From the NCBI GenBank assembly GCA_963702205.1, contig OY969724.1, positions 896,001 to 960,000 on the forward strand: 64,000 nt of DNA, written 5' to 3'. Position 1 is the stretch's first letter. The number at the start of each line of letters is the position of its first letter. This DNA is from an uncultured candidate division Zixibacteria bacterium (lineage in GTDB: Bacteria; Zixibacteria; MSB-5A5; GN15; PGXB01). Below, piece by piece: positions 1 to 9,769 of this stretch. Under the pieces are notes generated by a model. The model was not told the origin of the DNA and searched no databases. It saw only the letters and a list, made by a program, of their open reading frames with translations. The position numbers and the translations under genes are program-made.

Positions 1-1227
1 CCGACCGAGCTGATGGACCTTTTCAAAGACAAGCCGCTGGAATTCGAGCCGGGCACACAGTTTCATTATTCCAATTCCGGGTATATTATTCTCGGGGCGA
101 TTATCGAGAAAGTATCGGGGCAATCGTACGAGGCCTTTCTTCACCACGAGATTTTAAAGCCGCTGGGCATGAATAGCTCCGGGTATGGACGGCGCGAGGC
201 GGCCCATCCCGGCCGCGCCGAGGGTTATACCGAAGAAAGCGGCATTTTGGTCGATGCCACGCCGATAGATTTTTCGGTTCTGCACACCGCCGGCGCTTTG
301 TATTCGACTGTGGGCGATATGAACCTGTGGAACCGGGCGCTGTATACCGACAAGATTTTAACACGGGAGTCAATCCGGGAGATGTTCACACCCGGCCCGA
401 ACGGCTATGGATTCGGATGGTTTATAGATAACAACTGGGGCAAATGGCACGGGTTTCACGGCGGATTTCTGGACGGCTTCTATACTTTTGTGGATCGGTG
501 GTTCAAAGATCAGGTTTTCATAGTCGTCTTTTCCAACGAAGATGAAGCTCCGGTCAGGAAAATCGCTCGCGGGTTGGCGGCTATTATATTCGGGGAAGAA
601 TACGATTTTCCCATCAGCAAGACCCCGGCCAATCTGACCGGTTTCGATCCCAAAGAATACGAGGGCACGTTCGAGATGAGCCCCGACGTGTATCGTTTCG
701 TCTATAACATAGGCGACAGCGTTTATACCAATATTCAATTTTATCAGCGCTACCTCATATATCCGCAGGCCATCGACACGTTTTATTTCGCCCTGGACAA
801 TACCCACATGCTTATCTTTTCCCGCGACAGCCTGGGGCATATCGACGGTTGTATGGAACGCGATGATGACCGCCTTGTCGTGGCACGAAAGCTGTTCGGA
901 GAGAAAGCCCGGCTGTTCGATCTCGACCGCAAAGCGATATCGCTCGATTCGGCCAAATATAATGAATATCAGGGGACATATAAGATTTCTTCTGAAACCG
1001 GTGAGCCTAAACTGGATATGATTATCAAAGTCCGTCACAAGGGTACCCGGCTGGTGGCCTCGTTCGGCGATTTTCGGGACGTGGTGCTTTTCCCGGCCGC
1101 CATCGACCGGTTTTTCCACGAGAAGTCGACTTTCGAGCTTGATTTTATTCGCGACGAAAACGGCGCCGTGGATGGTTGTATCATAAAAATGGGCGGTTAT
1201 ATTCTTCCCGGCACCCGAATCGAATAA
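1..1227 (+). CDS. Serine hydrolase, beta-lactamase class C/PBP family, with two C-terminal DUF3471-like domains; 5'-truncated
   Basis: Frame open from base 1 (PTELMDLF...); PGTQFHYSNSGY (YxN), AGALYST and HGG motifs; two similar C-terminal modules (EYEGTF / EYQGTY). SxxK motif lies upstream of the window. Confidence 0.85.
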   Translation, partial: PTELMDLFKDKPLEFEPGTQFHYSNSGYIILGAIIEKVSGQSYEAFLHHEILKPLGMNSSGYGRREAAHPGRAEGYTEESGILVDATPIDFSVLHTAGALYSTVGDMNLWNRALYTDKILTRESIREMFTPGPNGYGFGWFIDNNWGKWHGFHGGFLDGFYTFVDRWFKDQVFIVVFSNEDEAPVRKIARGLAAIIFGEEYDFPISKTPANLTGFDPKEYEGTFEMSPDVYRFVYNIGDSVYTNIQFYQRYLIYPQAIDTFYFALDNTHMLIFSRDSLGHIDGCMERDDDRLVVARKLFGEKARLFDLDRKAISLDSAKYNEYQGTYKISSETGEPKLDMIIKVRHKGTRLVASFGDFRDVVLFPAAIDRFFHEKSTFELDFIRDENGAVDGCIIKMGGYILPGTRIE

Positions 1228-1242
1228 GCCTTTTATACCAAG

Positions 1243-1280
1243 GGAAACGGGCCGGTCCGATAATCAGTCCGACCCGTTCC
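1243..1280. terminator. Hairpin between convergent genes, possible terminator
   Basis: aacgggccgg (1246-1255) pairs with ccgacccgtt (1269-1278), best on the minus strand; no strong U tract. Confidence 0.4.
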
Positions 1281-1320
1281 AATCGAGTCTATTATTTCAA
1301 ATAAGTCAAATAACCGCCGG

Positions 1321-4300
1321 TTACGGACAAATCGGAGCCGGACCCGGAGGAGTATCATACTTATATGCAATCAAGTACAGAATGTCCAGAAGGTTGACGC
1401 TGCCGTCGCCGTTGGCGTCACCGGCTTCAATCGGGGTCGGGGCCGGACCCGTAGGAGTATCATACTTATAAGCAATCAAGAATAGTATATCCAACAGGTT
1501 AACATTGCCGTCGCCATTGGCATCACCGCAGACATAATTGCTAATGGGATTGGTACCAAGAATATCATAGCATTCGGAAGCTACGGTCCAACCCCAGATC
1601 CACGATTCAGTCAAAGGAACGTTGGGATCAAAAGCACCTACATAAGTGGTCGCCACATAGGCACCATTCGGCTGCGCGTAGGCCGGAACTGCCGCCGCAT
1701 TGCCGATGAGAGGACTGCCAACAGCCGGAACGGGGTTAATGACACCGGCGCGGACCGGAGGATTAGCCGTCGTATAGCTGGAAATCTCCGGATTCATAAT
1801 GTGGTTCTTGCCGGTGATTGTGGTATCCACACCGGGGAAGAGATCACTTTGCACACGAGCCGTGGCCAGGGGAGCCGAAGCACCTCCGGTCGCGATGAAA
1901 TGACTGTACTGGCTGCCGGTTCCGCTCGGAAGATTGTACGACTGCCACCAGAAGTTGCCGACCAGGTCCAGGAGAGGATGACCGGCCGCGATCGAGGCCG
2001 CACCGGAAGGCAGGTTGCGGGTCGAACTGGGCTCGACGTCGATGTTGCCGTCACCGCCCGGACAATCGATTTCCAGAGCCGTTTTCGGCTGTTCCATGAA
2101 AACGTTGTTATACCAGTAAGCGCGGTAGTTCTCGCGCATGAGGGTACGGTTACCTTCGGTGCCGTCGAAGTCATGACCCTGTGCAATACAGGTCAGGTTG
2201 GCACTGAGGGCATAACTCGGATAGTCACAGCCCCAGCCGGAAGGAACTTCCGTGGAGGCCATGCTGGTAGAATCGGTCCAGGCGGCCTGCTGACGGCCGT
2301 CGTTTTCAGTTATACGATCGCCCCAGCGGGGATCTTTCAACATGAAGCCGAACTGCTTTATACCGGACCAGCATTCATCGGTATCCCAACCGTCATCATC
2401 GCCATAGATAATGGCGGTGTAAAGCAGATTGACGTTACCGCCAAAGCATTCGAAATCATCATCGGAGGCATAATAGGTTTCAATATGGTCGATGGTCGTG
2501 CCGTCGCCGACGGCACCGAGACTCACGGCGTTGATTTCCACGTTCGGGGCCAGGATGGAACCGGCATAACGTAGGGAGACATACTGCAGGATACCGGAGT
2601 TGTCGTTACAATCCGGTTCGAGGCCGCCGCCATAACTATTAAGGCGAGGATGTCCGGAGACAGCCGGGACGCCTTCGATTTCAGATTCGCCACCGGCGGA
2701 ACAGGTGAAAGATCTACCTTCAATTACCAGACCGCCCCAAAGACCTTTACTGGAAGCGATATCCGGAATGTCATTCGGATCATCCACGTCGTCCAACCAC
2801 GTCGTCATGATAATCGGATCGTCTTTCGTGCCCGGAGCAATGATTCGTGCGCCAGGGCTAATTATAAGGGATGTGGCATTCTCGGCCTGACCCGGATCGC
2901 CTTTGATAACCGTGCCCGGTTCAACGTAGAGGGTGTAACCGCTATCGATGAACACGAATCCTTCCAGGTGCCAGATAGTATCGGCAGACAGAACAATGTC
3001 TTCGTCAATAATCGTCTGACTGGGAGCCGGAGTACCGAGTTCCTTAACCGGTTTTCCTTCATGTGAACCGCATACGTCCGGAGGGAGATGCGGGATTATT
3101 TTATAATCATATGCGGTACACCAGGGCTGCTGGCACCACATCGGCTCATCGGGAGCAAAGGCGCCGGCGTAAGTGGTCGCCACATAGGCACCATTCGGCT
3201 GCGCGTAGGCCGGAACTGCCGTCGCATTGCCGATGAGAGGGCTGCCAGAGGCCGGTCTGGGGTCGATTGCCTCATGCCGGGTCGGAGGATTGACCGTCTC
3301 GTAGTCGGTAAGTTCCGGATCCATAATATGGTTCTTGCCGGTGATAGTGGTATCCACACCGGGGAAGAGATCACCTTGCACACGAGCCGTGGCCAGGGGA
3401 GCCGAAGCACCTCCGGTCGCGATGAAATGACTGTACTGGCTGCCGGTTCCGCTCGGAAGATTGTACGACTGCCACCAGAAGTTGCCGACCAGGTCCAGGA
3501 GAGGATGACCGGCCGCGATCGAGGCCGCACCGGAAGGCAGGTTGCGGGTCGAACTGGGCTCGACGTCGATGTTGCCGTCACCGCCCGGACAATCGATTTC
3601 CAGAGCCGTTTTCGGCTGTTCCATGAAAACGTTGTTATACCAGTAAGCGCGGTAGTTCTCGCGCATGAGGGTACGGTTACCTTCGGTGCCGTCGAAGTCA
3701 TGACCCTGTGCAATACAGGTCAGGTTGGCACTGAGGGCATAACTCGGATAGTCACAGCCCCAGCCGGAAGGAACTTCCGTGGAGGCCATGCTGGTAGAAT
3801 CGGTCCAGGCGGCCTGCTGACGGCCGTCGTTTTCAGTTATACGATCGCCCCAGCGGGGATCTTTCAACATGAAGCCGAACTGCTTTATACCGGACCAGCA
3901 TTCATCGGTATCCCAACCGTCATCATCGCCATAGATAATGGCGGTGTAAAGCAGATTAACGTTACCGCCAAAACATTCGAAATCATCATCCGATGCATAA
4001 TAAGTGTCGACGTGGTCGATGGTCGTGCCGTCGCCGACGGCACCCAGACTCACGGCGTTGATTTCCACGTTCGGGGCCAGGATGGAACCGGCATAACGTA
4101 GGGAGACATACTGCAGGATACCGGAGTTGTCGTTGCAATCCGGTTCAAGGCCGCCGCCATAACTATTGAGGCGAGGATGTCCGGAGACAGCCGGGACGCC
4201 TTCGATTTCAGCTTCGCCCCCGGCGGAACAGGTGAAAGATCTACCTTCAATTACCAGACCGCCCCAAAGACCTTTACTGGAAGCGATATCCGGAATGTCG

Positions 4301-4668
4301 CTGGTATCGCCCACATTATCGAGATAGGTCGTGAAAACGATTGGCAATCTGGGGGTTCCCTGGGCGATAATTTGCGCGCCCGGGCTGATGATAAGGGAAG
4401 TGGCGTTATCAGCCTGACCCGGATCACCTTTTACAATTGTGCCGGGTTGAATTAAAAGGGTCGTGCCGCTGTCAACAAACACGAATCCCTGAAGATGAAT
4501 GACCGTGCCGCTGTACCACGTTACGGTATCTCCGGTGTTAATAATGGTCTGACTGGGAGCCGGGGAACCTACGTCAACGACTGGCCAGCCGGTTTCGTCA
4601 TACTGGGCCAAAGCAAAGACCGGCAGCATAAGAAACACTGCAATAAGCAATAATCTTAGACTTCGCAT
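1321..4668 (-). CDS. Secreted protein with two tandem ~509-aa beta-helix-like modules and a C-terminal dockerin
   Basis: Start moved to ATG 4668 (GGAG RBS; signal peptide MRSLRLLLIAVFLMLPVFALA). Duplicated motifs DNSGILQYVSLRYAG, EINAVSLGAVGDGTTIDH, DDDFECFGG. C-terminal CGDANGDGNVNLLDI...AGDANGDGSVNLLDI is a dockerin Ca-binding pair. Confidence 0.85.
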   Translation of the reverse strand: MRSLRLLLIAVFLMLPVFALAQYDETGWPVVDVGSPAPSQTIINTGDTVTWYSGTVIHLQGFVFVDSGTTLLIQPGTIVKGDPGQADNATSLIISPGAQIIAQGTPRLPIVFTTYLDNVGDTSDIPDIASSKGLWGGLVIEGRSFTCSAGGEAEIEGVPAVSGHPRLNSYGGGLEPDCNDNSGILQYVSLRYAGSILAPNVEINAVSLGAVGDGTTIDHVDTYYASDDDFECFGGNVNLLYTAIIYGDDDGWDTDECWSGIKQFGFMLKDPRWGDRITENDGRQQAAWTDSTSMASTEVPSGWGCDYPSYALSANLTCIAQGHDFDGTEGNRTLMRENYRAYWYNNVFMEQPKTALEIDCPGGDGNIDVEPSSTRNLPSGAASIAAGHPLLDLVGNFWWQSYNLPSGTGSQYSHFIATGGASAPLATARVQGDLFPGVDTTITGKNHIMDPELTDYETVNPPTRHEAIDPRPASGSPLIGNATAVPAYAQPNGAYVATTYAGAFAPDEPMWCQQPWCTAYDYKIIPHLPPDVCGSHEGKPVKELGTPAPSQTIIDEDIVLSADTIWHLEGFVFIDSGYTLYVEPGTVIKGDPGQAENATSLIISPGARIIAPGTKDDPIIMTTWLDDVDDPNDIPDIASSKGLWGGLVIEGRSFTCSAGGESEIEGVPAVSGHPRLNSYGGGLEPDCNDNSGILQYVSLRYAGSILAPNVEINAVSLGAVGDGTTIDHIETYYASDDDFECFGGNVNLLYTAIIYGDDDGWDTDECWSGIKQFGFMLKDPRWGDRITENDGRQQAAWTDSTSMASTEVPSGWGCDYPSYALSANLTCIAQGHDFDGTEGNRTLMRENYRAYWYNNVFMEQPKTALEIDCPGGDGNIDVEPSSTRNLPSGAASIAAGHPLLDLVGNFWWQSYNLPSGTGSQYSHFIATGGASAPLATARVQSDLFPGVDTTITGKNHIMNPEISSYTTANPPVRAGVINPVPAVGSPLIGNAAAVPAYAQPNGAYVATTYVGAFDPNVPLTESWIWGWTVASECYDILGTNPISNYVCGDANGDGNVNLLDILFLIAYKYDTPTGPAPTPIEAGDANGDGSVNLLDILYLIAYKYDTPPGPAPICP
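1643..4560 (-). repeat. Intragenic direct repeat with 1527-bp period
   Basis: gttcttgccg at 1804 and 3331; taagtggtcgccacatagg at 1643 and 3170 (both offset 1527). No mismatch found by eye over ~1849-2430 vs ~3376-3957. Confidence 0.95.
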
Positions 4669-4988
4669 TGACAATTCTCCTATTAGTTCTAAATTCGATT
4701 TTCGCTTTTTACTGCAATTAGTTTTGCACTCTTTCAAGGCAGGTCCGGCTGAATTGAGCCGATTTGCGCAGAGTCGTTTCATATAATCGGCTCTGGTTTA
4801 TTGGTCCTCCCTGGAATTTGCGCTGCTTTCCAACCTTACTGAACCTTATTTAAAGGGACATTATTCGACCTATCACCTCCATCCTGTTGTTTATCCGATG
4901 CTCTTGATATTTCATGTCTTTTCTATCAAATTTGTGGCTCTCCTTCGAAGACGAACGAGTAGTATTACACACGCTCAAACGGTTCCAT

Positions 4989-5027
4989 AAAAAAACCAGC
5001 GCATAATAGATTTTGACTATTATGCGC
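4989..5027 (-). terminator. Intrinsic terminator after the TonB-dependent receptor
   Basis: 11-bp stem gcgcataatag / ctattatgcgc (4999-5027) followed on the minus strand by TGG and a T7 tract. Confidence 0.7.
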
Positions 5028-5125
5028 CGATAAGACTTTTGTTCAGTTTTCGTTAATTAAGCCACAAATCCCGGATAAATTGTCAGGACATCAGGCTTTA
5101 ATGCTTTTAATTCGCCTTGCTCCTC

Positions 5126-8017
5126 TTATTCAAATTTGTAACTCAATCCAAGCGATAATGAGCGCCCGATATCATATTTCTTGAAGGTTACCTTTTGTCC
5201 GGTTCCGGTGTAATAGTAGTCGGCTTCAAAGTGCGCATTCAGGATATTTTTGGCCGCTGCCTTAAGGGTAAGGTGGCCAATCAACCTCTGGGAGAATGTC
5301 ATATCCACGAGATGACGGGGCATTTCGTAAATGTCGGGCGAAGCTCCGACGGCATTGTAATAGAACCTGCGGCCGAAGGCATTGTAAAGGACGGTCAAAG
5401 CCGTTCCGATTCCGGGATTGTCATACCCGACATTGAGGTTTATAATATAAGGTGACTGGTTTGCCATGGGTCGCTCGTCACTTGCATTGGCGTCAAGGTT
5501 ACGCATAAGCTTAAACTCATCTTCCGGGATTTTGAGACGAGAATGAACGACGGTCAAATTCCCGCCAATATTAAAGTTGGCGAGGTAAGAAGATAACCAG
5601 TCAAGACGCCTGCGAGCCTCCAATTCCAGGCCGTAGTTCTTTGCGATCGGTGAATTAACCGGATGATAATTATAGTTGTCGACCGTATAGGCGATCTCGA
5701 TGGGGTCAATAAATTTCTTGTAGAACATACTGACAGCCACTATTTCATTGGGTCGCATGAACCATTCCCACCTCAGGTCATAGTTCGTAATCTTGGTCAT
5801 CCGTAAATCGGGATTGCCGTAATAGTATTTCGAGGCGGCGAATTCCAGCGATCTGAAGGTGGCGATTTCCCGCATATTGGGCCGGGCCAGGGTTCGGCTC
5901 CAGGCAGCGCGAAGATTCATCTGTGACGAAAGGGTATAGACGAAATTGACCGATGGCAGCCAGTCGCTGGAGTTGATCTTGCCTCCCTGAGGAAGGGCTA
6001 TCAATGATTTTACATTCATGTCAGTTCGTTCGTGTCGTACACCGGCAATCATGGTAAGATTATTAAAAACACGGGTTTCGAGCATCAAATACCATGCAGG
6101 AATTTTCTGAGTTCCGTCGAATTCATCGGATTTGGACGGCCACAGGTAAGCATAATTGTCAAACATATAGAAGTTATAGGCTGTATCGGTTAGTCCGGCA
6201 TGCTCTGCCCACGCATCCATATTACCATTCAGTGAATCCAGCAACCGCGTGTTTGAATATTGGTATTTGATAACGGTTTGGCGCTGACTACGCTTCTTGT
6301 CGAGATAGCTCGTGCCAAGCTTGAACTGCGTCCGCTTGCTCAAAGAAATTTTTAGGTCAATGCTGGCTTCTTTATTTGTCTCCACAATATCGCGCCAATA
6401 AATGGACGGGAGAAGACTGCCGATCAGTCCTATATTCGTTGTATCCCAGGGGATTACGGTGGAATCGACGGCGTAGCTGTAGGCAAACAAGTCCAAAGTC
6501 TGATTTTGTTCAGTTCTTGAGTCATTGTATTGCCACTCAACCCTCATAGGCAGTCCCATCTTAAATTCACTAACGCCGTTTATTTGACCGCTCTTGAGCA
6601 CTCGTTCGGTGTAATCAGTATTATGCGATTCAAAAGTTTCGTCCGGTCCGAAATCGTTCAACACCCCTCTCAGGAACCGTATTTCCGACTTGCCATTGCG
6701 GTTATAGACGTATTTGGCGCCGATTTTATGCCTGGGGGCCAGATTATAATTCAGGGATGCCAGGCCGCCCCATAATACATTGTCAGTACTTCTGTCATCT
6801 TTGAGAAGATTCACGGGGTCCAGAGACGTTGCGGTCAGGGGGGCATATAAGTTTTGCTCACCATTAGTATATGAGGATTGCGACCTTTCATAGGTCAGAC
6901 TGCCAATCATGCCAAGCGGGCGACCCATGAATGGGAGATTATCCCCGTAGGAGAACGCATAATTCTGATTGAGAGGGACCTTGGCATATCGGGGATTATA
7001 TTCCGGCTTCAGGGAGTTGCAGACGCTGTCCAGGAAAAGAGCTTTGCCCAAATCTCCCGGAGCCCTGTATATAATGTTGTTTTGCGGGATCCGGTCTATA
7101 TTGTCCTTGATAAATTGCGGAATATCTCTCATTCCATCGTCGCGCCCCAACCAATCGGTCGAACTCTTGGTACTGGTCATCGCTGTTTTGCCGGTGAATA
7201 AAGTATTATATGATGAACCGGCCGAAAATGAGAAGGTCCGGGATACCGGGAAATCTTTGGTGACGAGATTAACACTGCCGCCCGTGAAATTGCCCGGCTG
7301 ATCGGGAGTATAGCTCTTGGTCACGACAATATTATCAAGTAGATTGGAAGGGACCAGGTCCATGTTGAAGGCTTGTTTTTCCGGATCGGCACTGGGCAAA
7401 ACGCTGCCATTCAGACGGGTATTGGTATATCGGTCGCCCAGTCCCCTGATGATGGCGTACTTACCATCGGCGACCGAGGCACCCGTCACACGCATCATGG
7501 CCTGAGCTACGTTTCCGCCGCCCGAACGGGCGATATTGTCGGCGCCAATGGCATCACTGACGGTCGGAGCCTTCTGTCGATAGCGCATGACGGCGGCGTC
7601 GGAGCTTTGTTCGAGTTTGGCGGTAACTTTAATTCTCTTGTTCAGGTCCAGGGTTTTCTGTTCGATAGAGATATCAATATTCTGGATTCCTTTCTGAATA
7701 TTCACTCCCTCAATGTGCTTCGGTGTATATCCCAGGCTGCTGACGACCACATTATATTCACCCGGCTCTATATTTTTAATATTATAGGTGCCGTCAAGAT
7801 TCGTCGAGCTCCCTTTTGTCGTCCCTTCCAGCATGACCGTGACACCGGGCAGCGGCTCACCGTTCTCGGTATCGACTATCTTCCCCGTTAATTGCCCTAA
7901 TTCTGATGCGACTGCCAGACTGAAAGATGACAATATGAAGAACGACAGAAGCATGACAATTCTGGCCGCTATTGTCCGGATATAGACCATTTTGCAAACC
8001 CGCCTGTTTTTTTTCAC
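5126..8017 (-). CDS. TonB-dependent receptor with N-terminal CarboxypepD_reg-like domain
   Basis: GTG 8017 with AGGAGG RBS; signal peptide; GKIVDTENGEPLPGVTV; plug motif IRGLGDRYTNTRLNG; C-terminal GRSLSLGLSYKF beta-signal. Confidence 0.93.
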   Translation of the reverse strand: MKKNRRVCKMVYIRTIAARIVMLLSFFILSSFSLAVASELGQLTGKIVDTENGEPLPGVTVMLEGTTKGSSTNLDGTYNIKNIEPGEYNVVVSSLGYTPKHIEGVNIQKGIQNIDISIEQKTLDLNKRIKVTAKLEQSSDAAVMRYRQKAPTVSDAIGADNIARSGGGNVAQAMMRVTGASVADGKYAIIRGLGDRYTNTRLNGSVLPSADPEKQAFNMDLVPSNLLDNIVVTKSYTPDQPGNFTGGSVNLVTKDFPVSRTFSFSAGSSYNTLFTGKTAMTSTKSSTDWLGRDDGMRDIPQFIKDNIDRIPQNNIIYRAPGDLGKALFLDSVCNSLKPEYNPRYAKVPLNQNYAFSYGDNLPFMGRPLGMIGSLTYERSQSSYTNGEQNLYAPLTATSLDPVNLLKDDRSTDNVLWGGLASLNYNLAPRHKIGAKYVYNRNGKSEIRFLRGVLNDFGPDETFESHNTDYTERVLKSGQINGVSEFKMGLPMRVEWQYNDSRTEQNQTLDLFAYSYAVDSTVIPWDTTNIGLIGSLLPSIYWRDIVETNKEASIDLKISLSKRTQFKLGTSYLDKKRSQRQTVIKYQYSNTRLLDSLNGNMDAWAEHAGLTDTAYNFYMFDNYAYLWPSKSDEFDGTQKIPAWYLMLETRVFNNLTMIAGVRHERTDMNVKSLIALPQGGKINSSDWLPSVNFVYTLSSQMNLRAAWSRTLARPNMREIATFRSLEFAASKYYYGNPDLRMTKITNYDLRWEWFMRPNEIVAVSMFYKKFIDPIEIAYTVDNYNYHPVNSPIAKNYGLELEARRRLDWLSSYLANFNIGGNLTVVHSRLKIPEDEFKLMRNLDANASDERPMANQSPYIINLNVGYDNPGIGTALTVLYNAFGRRFYYNAVGASPDIYEMPRHLVDMTFSQRLIGHLTLKAAAKNILNAHFEADYYYTGTGQKVTFKKYDIGRSLSLGLSYKFE

Positions 8018-8078
8018 TAAAATTCCTCCTTGAAGGTTTCCCATAATCTGAGTTAAATCCCGCTCTAAGCACGCTTTC

Positions 8079-8131
8079 AAAATAGGGGAATGAGGCCTTT
8101 TTATATTAGCGTTAGATTAGAGGAATATTTA
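8079..8131 (-). promoter_or_regulatory. Pho-box-like 11-bp-period repeats and -10 upstream of the TBDR
   Basis: Minus-strand TAAATAT, CTAATCT, CTAATAT (plus coordinates 8125, 8114, 8103), then TATTTT 18 nt downstream. Confidence 0.55.
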
Positions 8132-8369
8132 TTCTTGGTAAAGAAATCGGCCGGCCACGGCAGCCAACCGGAAACAGAGATTTATCTCAGGTATATACTA
8201 ATGAAAGTGGACCACCCTTAGTGTATGATAAGGATTTGCTTGAATCTCAATATTTATTGGTAAAGTCGCAAGGACCGTGCTTTCCCGCTGCCAATTCGGA
8301 TGCCAATTTTATCACGGGAAATTCTGTGTTTATGATATAGAGCCGGTCCGCCTGTCCGGCAATTCGAGC

Positions 8370-9131
8370 CTATAGGAGATATCTGTATCGAAATTTGACC
8401 AGCCGGGTACTCATCTCCATCGCCAGGATTCTGTATTTTTGCATATCCCTGGTAATTAAAGTGTCCTTCATTCTTTGAGACAGATCGGCAAAATATGAAA
8501 ATTCCCTGGCGGCCAGGTCGGCCTTATCCTTGGCCTTTTCCGGCAGATCGTCGGGCGACAGGCCCTGCACCATGGCAATAATTGTGTCTGTAGCCTCGGC
8601 CATTTCAGGGATACCACCTCTTCTTACAAGACTGTCTGAAAGAAATTTCGATTTGTCAATCAGCTTCTCGAGGGCGGGATATGGTAAGGGAATCAAGACC
8701 ACTGAAGTGGATTCAAACAGCGGCTGTATCTGTGCAAAAGACGTCAGAATCGCTGTCGAATCCCCTTTTTTGGCAGCGCTGACGTAATCGGCCACCGATT
8801 TCAAAAAATCATACTTGCTTTCTTTAAAAGCTGACATCTTATCCTTGAAACGGGTCTTGAATTCCATCTCATATAATGAAATTGCAGCCGAATCAATTGC
8901 AGGGGCATTTGATATCAGTAACCCTATATCCTGAGAGGGATAAGCTCCCTGCCAGAGGGGCAAATATACTTGCCGGAAGTTGATAATCTCTTTGTATCCC
9001 TCGCGGGCAGCGGATTCTGACGGTGTGCTGTCCGCACGGGCGGAACAGATAGCGACTGTCAGCAAAAATGACGTCAGAGCAAACAGGCGCAAGGTGCTGT
9101 CCATTCTGGCCATAAAATTATTGGTTTTCAT
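8370..9131 (-). CDS. Hypothetical exported, probably helical, protein
   Basis: 253-aa ORF with GAGG RBS and a signal peptide ending ARA; no motif recognised. Confidence 0.75.
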   Translation of the reverse strand: MKTNNFMARMDSTLRLFALTSFLLTVAICSARADSTPSESAAREGYKEIINFRQVYLPLWQGAYPSQDIGLLISNAPAIDSAAISLYEMEFKTRFKDKMSAFKESKYDFLKSVADYVSAAKKGDSTAILTSFAQIQPLFESTSVVLIPLPYPALEKLIDKSKFLSDSLVRRGGIPEMAEATDTIIAMVQGLSPDDLPEKAKDKADLAAREFSYFADLSQRMKDTLITRDMQKYRILAMEMSTRLVKFRYRYLL

Positions 9132-9164
9132 AATATTCTGTTACCTCAAATCATGACTTTTTAA

Positions 9165-9218
9165 ATTATACAGCTGTAATAGGTAGTCGATGTTAGCAGA
9201 CGATTAGGAATTAGTTAA
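9165..9218 (-). promoter_or_regulatory. Pho-box-like repeats with TATAAT -10
   Basis: Minus-strand TTAACTA, CTAATCG, CTAACAT (plus coordinates 9212, 9201, 9190), then TATAAT (9165-9170) 19 nt downstream. Confidence 0.6.
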
Positions 9219-9295
9219 GATCTGTCCCCGGCTGCTCGTTAATAAATATAAGGCTTGAAGAGTTGGCCTTCGCGCATTTTTCGCTCCCGATCAAC

Positions 9296-9349
9296 TTAAC
9301 ACTAATTTAACACTTCCATAATACTCGAATAACCTGAAAATTCTACCAT
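9296..9349 (+). promoter_or_regulatory. Pho-box-like repeats with TACCAT -10
   Basis: TTAACAC (9296), TTAACAC (9307), ATAATAC (9318), ATAACCT (9329), exact 11-bp period; TACCAT at 9344. Confidence 0.65.
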
Positions 9350-9511
9350 CCCAAAGAGCGTGTGTGATTTGATTATCACCTTAGGGAGCCACGGGCGGAA
9401 TAAAACAACCGCCGAATGAAATGTAAATCCAACTCGTTAACGGCAATAAGCAACGGGAGGGACATAAAGAATTTCGACTAAAGACTCGCACTCACGGCCA
9501 ATTACTTGATT

Positions 9512-9676
9512 ATGAAAATGACTTTAAATAACAATATTTTTTTGAGCGTCGGCAACTCCGGTGTCGCGTCCGGCACCAGTTCCTCGGGTCCGGCCAATAC
9601 CCGGGATAGTGACCCGATGAAAACTGAGTCTGCCGATCGGTTCCTCGATGACGTTGATTGTGCTTTAGAAAATTAA
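9512..9676 (+). CDS. Small ORF, 54 aa, possibly part of an sRNA instead
   Basis: MKMTLNNNIFLSVGNSGVASGTSSSGPANTRDSDPMKTESADRFLDDVDCALEN*, between a candidate promoter and a strong terminator; no clear RBS. Confidence 0.35.
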   Translation: MKMTLNNNIFLSVGNSGVASGTSSSGPANTRDSDPMKTESADRFLDDVDCALEN

Positions 9677-9721
9677 GATCTCCCAATCCTCTCTGCTGGT
9701 TATATCCCGCCAGTGCAGAGT

Positions 9722-9757
9722 CGGGCAGGCCCCTCAGGGGCTTGCCCGCTTTTTTTT
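9722..9757 (+). terminator. Intrinsic terminator
   Basis: cgggcaggccc...gggcttgcccg stem followed by T8. Confidence 0.85.
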
Positions 9758-9769
9758 CAGCGAATGCCG

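Noticed and set aside
1794..4455. Duplicated antisense and alternate-frame ORFs (e.g. 1801-2574, 3088-4101)
   Set aside because: Shadows of the real minus-strand gene; they recur only because the DNA is duplicated.
1643..4560. Repeat as a diversity-generating retroelement TR/VR pair
   Set aside because: No reverse transcriptase in the window, both copies are in-frame coding, the repeat is far longer than a typical TR, and mismatches are not adenine-specific.
5019..5060. Fifth Pho-like box (TTAACGA/TGAACAA) upstream of the dockerin gene
   Set aside because: Only two weak repeats, and spacing to the nearest -10 (CATAAT, inside the terminator stem) does not match the other four sites.
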